64,000 nucleotides of DNA from Eledone cirrhosa (lineage: Eukaryota): contig OZ024741.1 of assembly GCA_964016885.1 (NCBI GenBank), positions 29,016,001-29,080,000 on the forward strand. The letters run 5' to 3'. Numbering within the stretch: the first letter of the stretch is position 1; each line of letters begins with the position of its first letter. The notes under the pieces were generated by a model. The model had not been told where the DNA came from and did no database searches. It saw only the letters and a program-made list of their open reading frames with translations. The position numbers and the translations under genes were made by a program. Shown here one piece after another: positions 27,943-41,905 of the stretch.

Positions 27943-27992
27943 AAACTCGCTAGGACAAATTATTTTCTGAAGTGGCCCCCGCCAAAATGGCT

Positions 27993-28023
<31 letters not shown>

Positions 28024-28024
28024 G

Positions 28025-28207
28025 TGTTTCTACTTTTGGCACAAGGCCAGCAATCAACCAGTGTATTACTGGTACTTTATTTTATTGACCCCGTAAGGAT
28101 GAAAGGCAAAGTTAACGTCGGCGGGATTTGAACTTAGAATGGCAAGGGCCGTAACTCAATGCGTCAAAGCATGGCGTCCGACCCTCTACCGATACTGCCA
28201 ATCCACT
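28025..28207 (-). mobile_element. SINE family A
   Basis: Reverse complement of the family sequence. Confidence 0.9.
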
Positions 28208-30559
28208 GAAAATTATTATATACAAGGTGTCCCCAAAATGTATCCACACTTTGATTACCTGTACAGGCAATATTTATTAGAATGCTGTTGATATATATAT
28301 ATATTGATACCGTTTATATGTGTGTATGTATGCAAGTTTGTTTGTATGTGTGTGTGTATATGTGAGTGTGTATGTGTAGGTTCTTAGGTTATTACAATAA
28401 CAAGTCCCAGAGAACTATGAGGTGACTACATTACGGGATATACTAATTCACACATCGAAGGAGATTAAAGTAAATTGTCTAAATATAATTGTCGAAGATA
28501 ACAAGGAATACATGATATATACCAATAATTCCAATAGACGACAATATATCTTCCTAAAAATAAAAGAAATGAAGAATTTGTTCAAATATACATATGTGGA
28601 AATAGAGAGATAGAAAATACTGTGTGTTTAATTTTTACGCGAAGATGCGTTCGTGAACGCGGCGCGTAAAGCAAATTCATTTAATTCAAGTCTATATTTC
28701 TGATAAACAAAGAAAAAAAAATTGAAAATCTCTTGCGTTATAACACATTATTTGCGCAACATGAATATTTAATAATATTTTTTCAAGAGGCGTTAACAGA
28801 CTATATATGGATTGAAAAGGGAAACAATCCTTGCGATTTAAAGTGCATTGTGAATTGTAAAATGTCATACAAGCAACTATGTATGCAAAACACTCCAGCA
28901 TATAGACATGCATAAAACAGAGTAGATAACATTGCCAACCACTGTAATATTGCGTTTTATGGAGTATTTTGACTTCAGTATGAAACATTGAAAAACAAAA
29001 GCAAAAAACTTTACGGCATAGATATCTTTAGAAGTGTTGGGTTCTGAAAGCATGTATTAACTGTTAGAGTGCAGAAATAATAATAATGAAATACAAATAT
29101 AGAAAGAAGAGAGAAAAATATAGGTGCAATGATATGACGGTTGTTTTATTAAGCAACAGAGAAAAACTTATGAGGAATGATAGCCTCTCGGATTTAATGT
29201 AAACATCCCTTTAACTTGTATTTAAAACACATAGCCATTACTGAGCAAGTGTTAAGCAGTACACAATAATAAAAATATAAAGTACAGCATTCATTGAAAA
29301 AATCAACGAGTATAGAATACACACACAGCTTGCTATTTGAAGGAAAAATAATAGTTATTTTGAAAAGCAATAACACGTGCAGCACCCCCACCCCCTTCGC
29401 GATGTAAAATAATTGCGACCCTAGCAATAACCTGCTGGGGCTGATATCGTTATTGCCTAAAATGCTGGTTGTTGTTTATGTTAAGATTACCTTGCTACTG
29501 ATGTGGAAGAAATGATATCGAAGGTATGTAGGTGGGGCACATGAATATAATGGAGATAGTTATTAATACATAAGGAAGTTGAAATAAGGGAAAAGAGGAA
29601 AGACAAAAAGCAGCTGAATGTGTCATGTATTGATTACCAAGAAAAAACAAAACAAAGCAACTTTAGCAGATTGTTTGATAATGAAGCTATTCTATGTAAA
29701 TAAAGTAGCCTTTATATTAAAGCTGTGTATCAACCACGCCACGATATAAACATTTTTGATAAAAATAAATTACATCAACTACAAAAAGTGGTAAATATTG
29801 ATAAAACATAACCTCTATATTCCTAAGAGGATATTTTCAAAGAGACACTCTATTTTACTATCTTTTTATATAGCTATGACTGTGCTAACACAGCTTATAA
29901 AACAAACATTTATGTATATACATGCTATGAGACCAGCGAGAGAGTAAAGTACACGCCAGGCATGCTAGAAATAGTAGCAAATACTCTCTTTAACATTTCT
30001 CACTGCCTAAAAATTGGAATAGAGTCTGTAATAGCAACTTTCAAGACAAAATTGACTAAACACAAAAGACGTGTTCCTCAATGCTTGAAAGACTTTCGTC
30101 ATAGTTTATCAAAGGCTGATATGAGATTATAAAACAACAACAACACACATTCTATGGCTAAATCATAAAACTCTTTTCTGTTTACAGATGATTTAAAACT
30201 TCATTTAAGACCAACAAACTGCTAGAGAACGCCATGAAAACGACATAGTGATTTGGTATTCAGAGGTGAAATGAAAATAAGTATAGGATTAAATTTATGT
30301 GAGAAATCTACCCTAAAAAGTGACATTCGTTACAATTGAAAGCCCTAAGTTAGATTTATAATGTATCATGGGTCACTTAATGATAGAGGTGAAGGAATTA
30401 AAGCCCAGAAGATGGACGAAGATGAATTTTCAACGATAGACAAAAAAATGCTCACAAGCAAGTTAAAGCTCTGGTTTAAGCACTTTTCTCTGTAACCCAG
30501 ACTGCAGTGGCCACCGATGTTTTACCAAGTTACATTGACACGTGTGGAGATAATTAAGC

Positions 30560-31625
30560 AGATATGCAATATCTATATTCGAAGGAGTAAGGACAATGCC
30601 ATGAATCAGGAGATATGGTCACAGTAGTCAACCATGTAAAAAAGGAAGTCGTGAGAAGTCGCTATGCCGCCTTGGTAAAATGTAGCCAACTGGGTCAGTG
30701 TGTTGTTTGTGAGGTTCTTTTTTAAAAGTTCGATAATAGAAGACATGTGCATATGTAGGATGGCTGGAACGATGAGGCAAATAGAGTCCTGTTGCCCATT
30801 ATGCCTGAAAAGGTTAAACCTGTCGGCATAACCAGGAGCTTGGGTACTGGCTAATGCAGTAGAAGAGAGGGTTAATAGGATGAACAATGGCGAGAAAAAG
30901 CAACTGGCGGAGAAAGGCAGGATAAAGGTTTGCAAGGAAGAAAAACACTGAAAGAAAGGAGACTGATCCAAAATGAAAGGAGGCCTCGGTTGACCTGGAT
31001 GGCAAATATCTCTTCATCACCAAGAGACCTGTTGTAGGGGAAAAACCCCGAACATCCCCGCTTAACTAAAAGTGGACTAGGCAAAATGTCTATAAATAAT
31101 AACTGATGTGAATAGTCAGTTAGACTGTGTGTACGTAAACTCTCGTTGTAGTCTCTCGTTGTAGTCTCTCGTTGTAGTCTCTCGTTGTAAGCTCTCATTG
31201 TAGACTCGCGTTGTAGTCTCTCGTTGGTAATTTGAAATTACGCCTGCTATATACTTTGATTTTACCCACGTTTCGAACAGATATACTAAACAGGTGTGTC
31301 ACACCATTATAACAAGACCCGACCTGATCTTGTTGGGAAAGGAAAAGAAAGGAAAGTGGTAAAAATAATGGAGCTTACCGTATCCTGGGAGGTGAACATC
31401 AATAATGCATTGGCCAGCAAAGTCAGAGGATACAGTGAGCTGGTTGTACTCTGTGAAATCTGCGGATGAGTGGCCTCATGTATCATTGTAGAGATTTGTT
31501 GGAACAAGGGTTGACTCGTTGCTAAGGATCATGGACTGGCGGCAAAAAAAAAAAAGAAAACACTTTTCAAGGATATTATCAGAAAGCGAGTCCCTTCATC
31601 TGGCCCAAGAAAGGAATGAATGGCA
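30560..31625 (+). mobile_element. Decayed RLE-type non-LTR retrotransposon 3' region (Hero/NeSL-like), interrupted at ~31033-31302
   Basis: Manual translation from ~31312 gives TRPDLILLGK..KIMELTVSWEVNINNALASKVRGYSEL (RPD..ELTVxWE..K..Y endonuclease motif). A degenerate CxxC finger lies near 30747. Confidence 0.7.
31141..31227. repeat. 13-bp tandem repeat (TCTCGTTGTAGTC), about 6 copies
   Basis: Read directly from the sequence. Lies inside the insertion that interrupts the RLE remnant. Confidence 0.9.
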
Positions 31626-32208
31626 TGTCTGATTCATTGAGGGGGTAGGAAACATCTTGTTATGTGTCACAACATCAGACGCATCGAATTTCAAATTGTT
31701 TTGATGGAGACATCTGGCCCGAAGTCACAACATCAAACTCATAACATTTTGTGGGTTTCTACAGAAGTTTCGTCACCTACTTCGGTGGATGACATTGAGT
31801 ACCTCTGATGTCGCAGTGCAAGTCATTAAAACTCTTACAGAGATACTTCCCCGCTTAATGAGGCATCAACTCCTGCATTCGGAGACGGAGTGCAGCAACA
31901 TACTGAACACATAAGTGACGACGTTGGGAGATACAGAATTAGAACACAATGACACATGTTTCTTGTTATGACTTACACCTGTGTGTTTTAATGTTAGTGA
32001 CCACAGTCCTAGTATGATACTGTTTTCCCGGGGGCAGGACGCAGTATTTGAATTCAGAATGTACAGAAATCAAACAAATACAAACGCCTTAACAACCCAC
32101 CGCTCTTTGAGAATTATTTTATTTATTAACATAGAAAGGGTGAAAGACAAAAGTTGACAAACAAAGATTCAGAGCGCAGGAACAAATTAGCTGCTGCTGC
32201 TGCTCCTG

Positions 32209-32625
32209 CTTCTTCTTCTTCTTCTTCTTCTTCTTCTTCTTCTTCTTCTTCTTCTTCTTCTTCTTCTTCTTCTTCTTCTTCTTCTTCTTCTTCTTCTTCT
32301 TCTTCTTCTTCTTCTTCTTCTTCTTCTTCTTCTTCTTCTTCTTCTTCTTCTTCTTCTTCTTCTTCTTCTTCTTCTTCTTCTTCTTCTTCTTCTTCTTCTT
32401 CTTCTAAGAGGGTCGTAGGGGCAGAGTCCCCAAACACTCCCACCAGTGGGTCCTGTCTGAAGCCACCGTCTCCAACTTATCCAGCTGGATTCCCAAGCCA
32501 AACCAGCCAAACTCATGGATGTTATCCAACCACCTTGATCGTGGCCTACTCCTGGGTCTTCTGGCGGCTGGTTTTGCCCGTAAAATCTTTCCCGAGACAT
32601 TCTAACCACATGCACATCGAAACAA
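32209..32625 (-). mobile_element. RTE-clade (Rex3/Expander-like) LINE 3' end with a long (GAA)n tail
   Basis: Minus-strand manual translation RRPRSRPRSRWLDNIHEFGWFGLGIQLDKLETVASDRTHWWECLGTLPLRPS*, followed directly by (GAA)n (plus-strand TTC run 32209-32405). Confidence 0.75.
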
Positions 32626-33146
32626 ATTAGCGCAAAATAATTTATCTGAAGCTTTAAAGACAATTTACTGTCTTAGTAGTTTGGAGTAGATGAAACTGAT
32701 AAAGTAAAACATACGGAAAGAAAGAGAAAATAAAGTGAGAGTAAAAGTCTAGTAATACTCAAGAGTTCCACTAATATTTACAATTGAACTCTATGCCAGA
32801 AATGAAGAAATGTTTATGAACACATTAGCCATCATTAGCATATATGTCAGTCCCAATATAATTAAAAGTTAACTGAAACGAAACTGTTCAGAGGGAAATG
32901 TAGAAAACTACTAACGTTATTTAAATACATTTTTTCAAACGGTGATATATATATATATATATATATATATCTATATATATATATATAAACACACACATAT
33001 ATATATATACATATATATATATACATATATATATATTTCGTTTCTGAATTTGTTTAGCAAGATTCTTTATCTGAAAACGTGTGTTGAAACCCAAAGCATA
33101 GCAACATATATATATATATATATGGTATACTCTTATTACATTTACT

Positions 33147-33264
<118 letters not shown>

Positions 33265-33574
33265 CATACACACACACAGACACAGAAGACACACACGCAG
33301 AGACACACAAACACACACAAAAATGTGACAAAGACGAAACAGCAAATAACAGATTCAAATATAGAGGCGACTTTGTGGTAACCAGAATTGGTTTTAGAAG
33401 AAAGAAACGGCAAAACAGTTAATATATATGAATAAATTTGTTAATAATCCCGTTTAAAAGGACGAAAAGCCTAATTTAATGCAAAACACCAAATACTCTT
33501 GGGTCACGAATAATCGTTCCAACCCCTGCTTATTAATTTTTCAAATTTTTTCCACCTTCCTGCTCTTATTCCAA

Positions 33575-34041
33575 ACTCCGTAAAGATGAAAGGCAAAGCC
33601 AACCTCGGCAAGATTTGAACTCAGAATGAAAAGGGCCGCAACTCTATGCCGGAAAGCAGAATTAATAATAGTTTCTGATTTAAGCACAAGGTCAGCAATT
33701 TTGGAGAAGGTAAAGCCGATTAAATCGGCTCCAGTGCATTACTGGTACTTTATTTTATCAACCCCGTAAGGATGAAAGGTAAAGCTAACCTCGGCCGGAT
33801 TTCAACTCAGAACGTATAGAGCCGTAACTCTATGCCGGAAAGCAGAGTTAATAATTGTTTCTACTTTTGGCACAAGGCCAGCAATTACACAGTGCATTAC
33901 TGGTACTTTATTTATCGACCCCGTAAGGATGAAAGGCAAAGTTAACCTCGGCGGGATTTGAACTCAGAATGGCAAGGGCCGTAACTCTATGCGTCAAATC
34001 ATGGCGTCCGACCCTCTAGTGATACTGCCAATTCACCGCCC
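33575..34041 (-). mobile_element. Three tandem SINE family A copies (one full, two partial)
   Basis: Repeated AAGGATGAAAGG..AACCTCGGC..GAACTCAGAA units. Confidence 0.88.
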
Positions 34042-34552
34042 TAAAGCAGAGTTAATAATGCCTGGACATCTCTAGTTAGGAAGCAAATGTTTGATTTAGC
34101 AGAACAACGTCAAAAGTTTGCCAACCAGAATAGAAGATGTTTTAAAGAAGAGGAGGTAAAATGCAAAAATGCAATTAATGACAAGAATAAGCGGCCATCT
34201 TGCTTTTGCTAGTGTAGTGAACGCAGATCAGAGACGAAGATATTTTCCTTATATTTACAATGTACTGATTTTAAAAAGAAACAATAGTAGTGGTAGTGGT
34301 GGTGATGGTGGCGGCGGTAGTTGTAGTAGTGGCAGTGGTGGTAGTAGTAGTGGTAGTGGTGGTAGTGGTGATTGTAGTGGTGGTAGTGGTGGTAGTAGTA
34401 GCAGTGATGGTGATGGTGGTAGTAGTAGTAGTGGTAATAGTAGTAGTACTGGTAATAGTAGTAGTAGTAGTAGCAACAGAAGCAGCAGCAGCAGTAGTAG
34501 TAGTAGCAGCAGCAGCAGCAGCAGCAGTAGCAGTAGTAGTAGTAGCAGCAGT

Positions 34553-34603
<51 letters not shown>

Positions 34604-35271
34604 TGCAGCACCAGCAATAACAGTAGTATCAACTACTGTTTATGTTATCTAAGTTGACATCACTTATCAAAGGTTTCTCCAAGTGCAACGATAAATGTTT
34701 CTCTTTGAAAATCTGTCACTTTGTTTAATTGTTATATTTTTGTATAAGTATGTATACGTACATACATATATGTATACAGACGTAATTAGTATGTATATAT
34801 ACATACATGCACACATATATATATGCACGTATGGATTCACCAAACATTTATTATAATGCTCGGTGTGTTTGTAAACAAACATCCCGTATTAAGCCGTAGT
34901 GTTTAGCAACCACCGTTGCTCGTTTGTTCAACACTGACAAAGGAACGCTGTACTAGTTTCAAGCTTGTTAGCTATCGTCAGCAACGTATACCTTCCTGCC
35001 AGATAGTTGAACGTCTGAAAGTATATACTTTCCTTATGCATATTAACGGCTGAGTAGCCCAATTTGCGTATCGAGTGGGTTAACAGCCGTATTAAGAGTG
35101 GGAAATGAAATTTCGTTTCATTTTTTCCATTATATGTTTGGTTTTAGTTTTTAAGTTAGATTTTATATATATTTTTAGGTGTTGGTAATTCTGTCGATGT
35201 TTAACCATACAGGTATTTCATTTATCTTTAACAATTACTTTACTTTTTACATGAACATATTATGTCGACAT

Positions 35272-35457
35272 TGTGGATTGGCAGTATCGGTAGAGGGTCG
35301 CACGCCATGCTTTGACCCATAGAGTTACGGCCCTTTCCATTCTGAGTTCAAATCTTGCCAAGGTTAACTTTGCCTTTCATCCTTACGGGGTCGATAAAAT
35401 TAAGTACCAGTAATACACTGGGTAATTGCTGGCCTTGTGCCAAAAGTAGAAACAATT
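35272..35457 (+). mobile_element. SINE family A
   Basis: Matches the family sequence. Confidence 0.9.
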
Positions 35458-35589
35458 AATTTAGAAACAGAAGTTATACAATGGTGGAAATATTTTGTTA
35501 TCATAAACATATTATGTCAACCATATTTTACAGAAGTTATATAATGCTGGAAATATTTTGTTATCTGTTATACATAAACATATGTCAAC

Positions 35590-35830
35590 TATATTTTATA
35601 AAAATAAGTTATACAATGATGGAAATATAAAAAAAAAGATAAAAACAAAATTAAGTAATAAAAAAACAAGGATGAAAAGGTAAAGAATGGCAGATTTGGC
35701 TGTATAGGAAAGTAGAGGAAAGGATTATAAATGTCAGAAACGTGAAGAAAAGGAGGGAAAGAGCAGGGACTATTAGGCAACTGGAGAAAGAGAGAGGGTG
35801 ACAGATTCTGTGCCTAAGTCGGGGCATTGA
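35590..35830 (+). repeat. Dispersed repeat family D (other copies ~44640-44985 on + and ~38540-38800 on -)
   Basis: Shared ..GAAAAGGAG(G/A)GAAAGAGCA(G/A)GGA..GTGACAGATTCT.. block. Confidence 0.7.
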
Positions 35831-35972
35831 AACATATAAAAGATAATGTGTGAATGTATATTTTTCATAGTCTTCAAATAATTTGAAAAAAGTAAAGTTG
35901 GGAATGAAAGAATAAAAACCATCTTCGCTAGTTAATCCTAGCTAATACCACCTTCTGAGAGGTCTTTAAAAG

Positions 35973-35989
35973 TGTGTAATGGTATGAAC

Positions 35990-36020
<31 letters not shown>

Positions 36021-36420
36021 GAAGAAGAAGAAGAAGAAGAAGAAGAAGAAGAAGAAGAAGAAGGGGGAGAAGAAGGAGAAGAAGAAGAAGAATGTAATGG
36101 TATGGACATAATAATAATAATAATAATAAAAAGAAGAAGAAGAAGAAGGGGAGAAGAAGGAGAAGAAGTAGAAGAATGTAATGGTATGGGCATAATAATA
36201 ATAATAATAATAAAAAGAAGAAGAAGAAGAAGGGGAGAAGAAGGAGAAGAAGAAGAAGAATGTAATGGTATGGGCATAATAATAATAATAATAATAAAAA
36301 GAAGAAGAAGAAGAAGGGGAGAAGAAGGAGAAGAGGAAGAAGAATGTAATGGTATGGACATAATAATAATAATAATAATAAAAAGAAGAAGAAGGGGAGA
36401 AGAAGAAGAAGAAGAAGAAG
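35973..36420. repeat. Minisatellite of ~80-110-bp units built from (AAT)n and (GAA)n, 5 copies, running into a purine-rich tract to ~37150
   Basis: TGTAATGGTATG..CATAAT anchor at ~35975, 36093, 36177, 36261 and 36345. Confidence 0.9.
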
Positions 36421-37451
36421 GAAGATGAGGAGAAGGGGAGAACGAGGTGAATGAAGAGGGTAAGAAGAAGAAGGAGGAGGAGGAGAAGGGAGGATGAGGA
36501 TGATGGGGTGGAAGATGAGGAGGATGACGATGATGATGATGGGGATGAGGAGGAGAAGGAGGAGGATGAGGATGGGGATGAGAAGGAGGAGAAGGAGAAG
36601 AAAAAGAAGGAGAAAAAGAAGAAGAAATAAAGAAGAAGAAGAAGAAGAAGAAGAAGAAGAAAAAAAAAAGAAATAAAGAAGAAAAAAGGTGAAATAACAA
36701 TAAGAAATAAAAAAGAAGTCAAAGAAGAATAAAAAATAAAAAATAAAGAAGAAGAAATAAAGAAGAAGATAAAGAAGAAGATAAAGAAGAAGAAAAGAAA
36801 ACAAAGACAAAGAAGAAGAAAAGGAAGAAGAAAAGGAAGAAGAAAAGGAAGAAAAAAGAGGAAGAAATAAAGAAGAAGACAATGAAGAAGAATAAGAAGA
36901 AAAAGGAGAAGTCGAAGGAGAAGAAAAAAATGAAGATGAAGAAATAAAACAGAAGATGAAGACAAAGCAGAGGAAGAAGAAGGAGAAGAAGAAGGAGAAG
37001 AAGGAGGAGAAGAAGAAGAAAAAGAAGAAAAAGAAGAAAAAAGAAGAAAAAGAAGAAAAAGAAGAAAAAGAAGAAAAAGAAGGAGAGAAGGAAGAAATAA
37101 AGAAGAAGAAGAAGGCAAAGAATAATAATAATAATAAGAAGAAGAAGAAGGTAAAGTAGAGGTAGAAAATATAATTGAATTCAGTGATATTCTGGTTGTA
37201 TTTGTTAAACCTCTTCCCATTCGAACTCGTATTATTTTGTTATTAAATAGAGAATGTTTCCCCAACGAATCAACATTAATACGTGTATTAACTAAACGCC
37301 TTTGCAAATAACATTTTACGAGTAAACTTATTTATTTATTCATTTCAATCTTTCATTTATATTCATTGATGCATAATATATTCGATTATATTCTTTCTAA
37401 GTTATATTTACACATGCATTTACATGGCAAAAAGTGGAAAAATAAAATAAA

Positions 37452-37504
<53 letters not shown>

Positions 37505-40500
37505 TATGTATATAAATAAGCCTAATAGAAAACGACCCCCCCCCTAAAAAAAACTTCCTTAAATAAAAACAAAGAAGTAAAAGGAAGCATAAACAATATA
37601 AAATGTCATAGAACATTAAGAAAGAAATAAAACATTCTATCTGATCGCTAGTCACGAGTAAAGAAGGAAAGATAATTTGAAAAATGTTGAGAAAAAGAAA
37701 TTTAGCGGACGCCATTTTCCCATTCGTTCAACGGGTTTTGGAATTTTTCTTTTTTTCATACATCTATGAATATTAGGCAATTTAGCAAGTGTTTATTGAT
37801 TTGCTACTCACCTGTGAGTTATTTCACAGTGCGATATGTATTAGAGGTATCAGATTTCTTACAAGTAGAAATGCAATGTTTCCAGAATTTGGGAACTGAG
37901 ATTTTATAGCATTTCGTATTATTCGGTGCAATTTTATCATGTTGCGTGTAAATATACTTTTTTCTCGTTTAATTATCAGAATTATTCTTATAAGACGGAA
38001 ATGATTTCAAACACAGAAAAAAGTTTCTATAGCTGGAATGGTGTAGCACTACATGCAGGAATTTAGAAAATGATTGCATAGAGTTCCTCTAGCGCTTATA
38101 TCAGACCTTTCAACTCTCCCCGTCAGAAGGGGAGATCTCCCACCTACTTTGGAGTGGGTGAGAGATCTCTTCTCTTGTGAAAATGCGTATAGCTTTCATT
38201 ATGTAAAATCTTCCCATTTTGCCTCATTTCTCCTCGTCTTGGAGCAATTTATATGGAACTCTCTGTTTGGGTTTTTAGAGGTTGGCAGGCCTGTTATATG
38301 TTATATTTTCAGTAATCCCTTTTAATGTCTGAAAACTCCAGATGTTCGATATTATCCCTTAGAAATTTTACAACAGATGCACCAATAATTATACGTAAAA
38401 TGAAAATGTGGAATCTGGGTCGAGAATGTGTAGATTTAAAATTAATTGTCCATCCTCTTTGCACCAGTTGGCGTCGAGAGACCAGGCGTCCTCAGACCTC
38501 GGACTGCTGACCTCCTCTGTAACGTTGGATTGGTATCAGTTTGAGGAAGCGTGGTGGCTGTTGCAACGTGTGTCGCTGGCGATTGTCCTTGGAAATGCCT
38601 TTGTCATTTTGTCCCCGGGGCACAGCCAAAACACTGCTCTGACTTGGGTGTAGAGTCTGTAACCCTCTCTCCTCTCCTTCCCACTTTCTTTCTTCCTTTG
38701 TCCGATAGTCCTTGCTCTTCCCTCCTTTTCCTCTCATTTATGGCATTTATAGACTTTTCCAATGCTGCTTTCTTTTTCTCTATGTTTAACCAAATAAAAA
38801 ATTCTTCTGAATTATCTTCCTTGTCCACCTGTTAGTTTCTTTGCTGGTATTGTCAATGGCAACGGATGTTATTTCACCTTCTACTCTTAAATAGAATAGT
38901 CTCTCGTAAATCTTAGAAAAAACTGTAAAACAATATTCTTAAACTGCATTTAAAATACTTTTTAAGTCGTATATAATCTAGTCGTCTCTATCTGATTAGT
39001 TTAATACGCGGATATGTTAGAAATGTGTGATTGTTACAAAACGTCGATGAAGTAGACAGTTTTATAGTTCTTTTAGTCTCTACTATCTCAACTACTAACA
39101 CAACTTGGTATTTGAATAAACTCAACACTCTCGTGTCACAGTCATCTATAACAATTTTTAAACATAGTTGTCAGTTATTTGTCTAAATTTGTCATTCGTA
39201 ATTCTGACTATTATTATGCCTTTTTTATATAGACAACAACTTATTCAATTCTAAAATCAAGATACTGCAGAGTTCGTATTCCCACAACAAATATTTCTTC
39301 TGAAACGTTTCGATACCTGCTCTGAACATGTTTCTCTATGGCTTCTGTTAAATTCTCCCATCATACACTTTCTGTATATTACGTGCTGGCTCTGACAATA
39401 TGTTTGCATTGCTTGCGGCCAATTCTTTATTGTTTATTAATGCTGACGTTTCAATTTCTCAGGTGAAGCTTATAACTATTTTTCTTTTATTGGCTAGATG
39501 GCGTTAGTTGTTATTTTGGTACTGTTTGCGTTGATGATCATGATGATAGTGGTACTCAATATTCAGCTTCTATTCAAATCTTTGTCAATGTTTTGTTTCT
39601 CAACTATTGCTAACAGTACCATTTGTTTTGGTGTTGTATGAAAACTTCCCCCCAATTGATAATAAACGTTCCAACATAATCTATTATTTTCGATAGACAA
39701 ACGGCATTGTTGTTACTCTTTTTTCTTTTATGGATATCTACATTGTTGTTAATGTTTTTTTAGTTGAATTTACATTTATTTATTTTCCTGATATCCTCAT
39801 GATAATTTTTGATCTGACCAACAATAGAATAATTGAAACAAGAATTTATCTGCTAGACATATATTTGGTTTGATAGTTGGGAAACTATTCTTGTCTTATC
39901 TCATCAATCAGTGTCAACATAAGCTCCATGGATTTCATATCAATTATATTAGAAATTCTGTCTCCTTAGGTGACAATTTTGAAAGCCCTCCTTTTAAAAA
40001 AGACCCCCCAAAACAAACCAAAAGCAAAATAAAAGTATCAGGAAATTTTTAGTTTATATTGACCAAATGCGACACTTTGTCCCCCCAAAGCACTTTATGC
40101 GTAAGACGAGAGAATTTGAAAGCGAACAAAAAGATAAAAATACATGTCTTTGAAAGAAAGTTATTGGAATGACAGGTGAAACTACATTTATAAACACGAT
40201 ATAACCAATAGATATCTCATCGACCCAGCATTCTCTATAATTGTCTACCAAGTCTATGAAATTGTAACGAAGATGATTTTACATCCACTTCTACTTATAC
40301 TACCATCTCAACTATACAGATAGTACCGAAAACAGCATTTTATTGGTAGTTATTTTACTGGACCCCGAAGGATAAGAAACGAAGTAGGGGTCTGTCTGAA
40401 GCATTTAACTATGGAAGCAAAGAAATACAACTAAATTTCTACCTTTGTCTGACACTTAATCGATTCTGCCAACTTCCAATAATAATAATAATAATAATAA

Positions 40501-40507
40501 TAATAAC

Positions 40508-40907
40508 TGTTTCTACTTTAGGCACAAGGCCAGCAATGTTTTTTGGGAAGGAAGGGAAAGTCAATTAAATCAATCCCAGTGCATTACTGGTACTTTATTT
40601 TATCGACCTTCGTAAGGATGAAAGCCAAAGCTAATCTCGGCAATTTTTGGAATTGTCTTTTCCCTTTACCCAAAATTGCTGGCATTGTACCTAAATTATG
40701 TACATAGGGCGGTGGATTGGCAGTATCAGTAGAGAGTCGGACGCCATGCTTTTCAGCAAAGAGTTACGGCTCTTTATCGCCTGAGTTCAAATCCCGCCGA
40801 GGTTAACTTTGTCTTTCATCCTTACGGGGGTCGATAAAATAAAGTACCAGTAATACACTGGGATCATTGCTGGCCTTGTGCCAAAAGTAGAAACAATTAT
40901 TATTATT
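40508..40907. mobile_element. Two divergent SINE family A copies (minus then plus), each with an (ATT)n tail
   Basis: The minus copy abuts (AAT)n at 40478-40506. The plus copy 40707-40907 ends AGAAACAATTATTATTATT. Confidence 0.85.
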
Positions 40908-41269
40908 AGAGAGTAAATTGCATGAAAGGAAATTGTTTTAGCTTTAAATTCCTGGAAGTTTCTTTCGTTAGTTATAGCGCGGTGTTGATAGGGTGAACAA
41001 AGGATGAAGCACAAGAAATGGATTGCCAAACAAGAAATCTTTTGATAAGGGTGGGGGTGTATTCCTCCCCAAATCAAATGTTTTGAGATTGTATATGAGA
41101 AAAAAAAAAGGAGGGAGAAATTTGATTTGAGTAGACAAATTCTGGGCAGGCATATTAAGGAGTTTACTTTTTTACTAAGCAGACAGGGAAGAAAATGTTT
41201 GAACGTTGTGGCCAAACAGAAAGAATTATACTGGGAAACTATTGAACTCGGACTATTTTCGTTACATCT

Positions 41270-41640
41270 ATCCATCTTTTAACAAATACACTTGGTACAA
41301 CATTTCTTTGTAAACACTCATCTTCCTTTCAAAGTGGGACTTGAAAAAGTCGATGAAAGCCTGGCTGGAAAAGAACGTATCTGTCTACAGTCCTTTCAGC
41401 CTTGTCCACCTCAAATATATTTCGTTATATCCACTAGACAAGAAAACTACTTGCCCTTCGCGGCAAAAAGAAGGAGATGATGCGATCTTCACACTGAATC
41501 AACCGAGAGCCAAATCCGTTCTACACAAGTCAGTGATACACCTCCAGCTTGGAGATAGAACTCACGACATTACTATTGCCAGACTAACACCCTAATAACT
41601 AGGCCGTACTCTAGTACGTTATCCATATAATTGGCAGATA
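41270..41640 (-). mobile_element. Old Tx1-like LINE ORF2 3' fragment
   Basis: Visible similarity to 4030-4215 and 7580-7790 (CTTTCAGCCTTGTCCACC, CTTGCCCTTC). Confidence 0.6.
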
Positions 41641-41715
41641 TTTGCGGTGTATTTTATATGTGATATGGTGATCGTAATTTTTAATGACATAATATAATAT
41701 TAATTTTGTTGTCTG

Positions 41716-41905
41716 GGCGGTGGATTGGCAATATCGGTAGAGGGTTGGACGCCATGCTTTGACGCATAGAGTTACGCCCCTTGCCATTCTGAGTTCAAAT
41801 CGCGCCGAGGTTAACTTTGCCTTTCATCCTTACGGGGTCGATAAAATAAAGTACCAGTAATGTACTGGGTAATTGCTTGCTTTGTGCCAAAAGTAGAAAC
41901 AATTA
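41716..41905 (+). mobile_element. SINE family A, full length
   Basis: Matches the family sequence. TTGTCTGG occurs on both flanks. Confidence 0.9.

Noticed and set aside
28400-30200. Host exons in the less repetitive stretches (also 38.9-40.3 kb)
   Set aside because: No recognisable protein motifs. Small exons cannot be excluded without RNA-seq.
35973-36420. CRISPR-like repeat-spacer appearance (also the 62.9-64 kb array)
   Set aside because: The spacers are not unique, there are no cas genes, and the context is a eukaryotic repeat landscape.
35928-37307. 459-aa, 314-aa and 244-aa ORFs
   Set aside because: Stop-free reading of (TTC)n/(ATT)n low-complexity DNA with no domain content.
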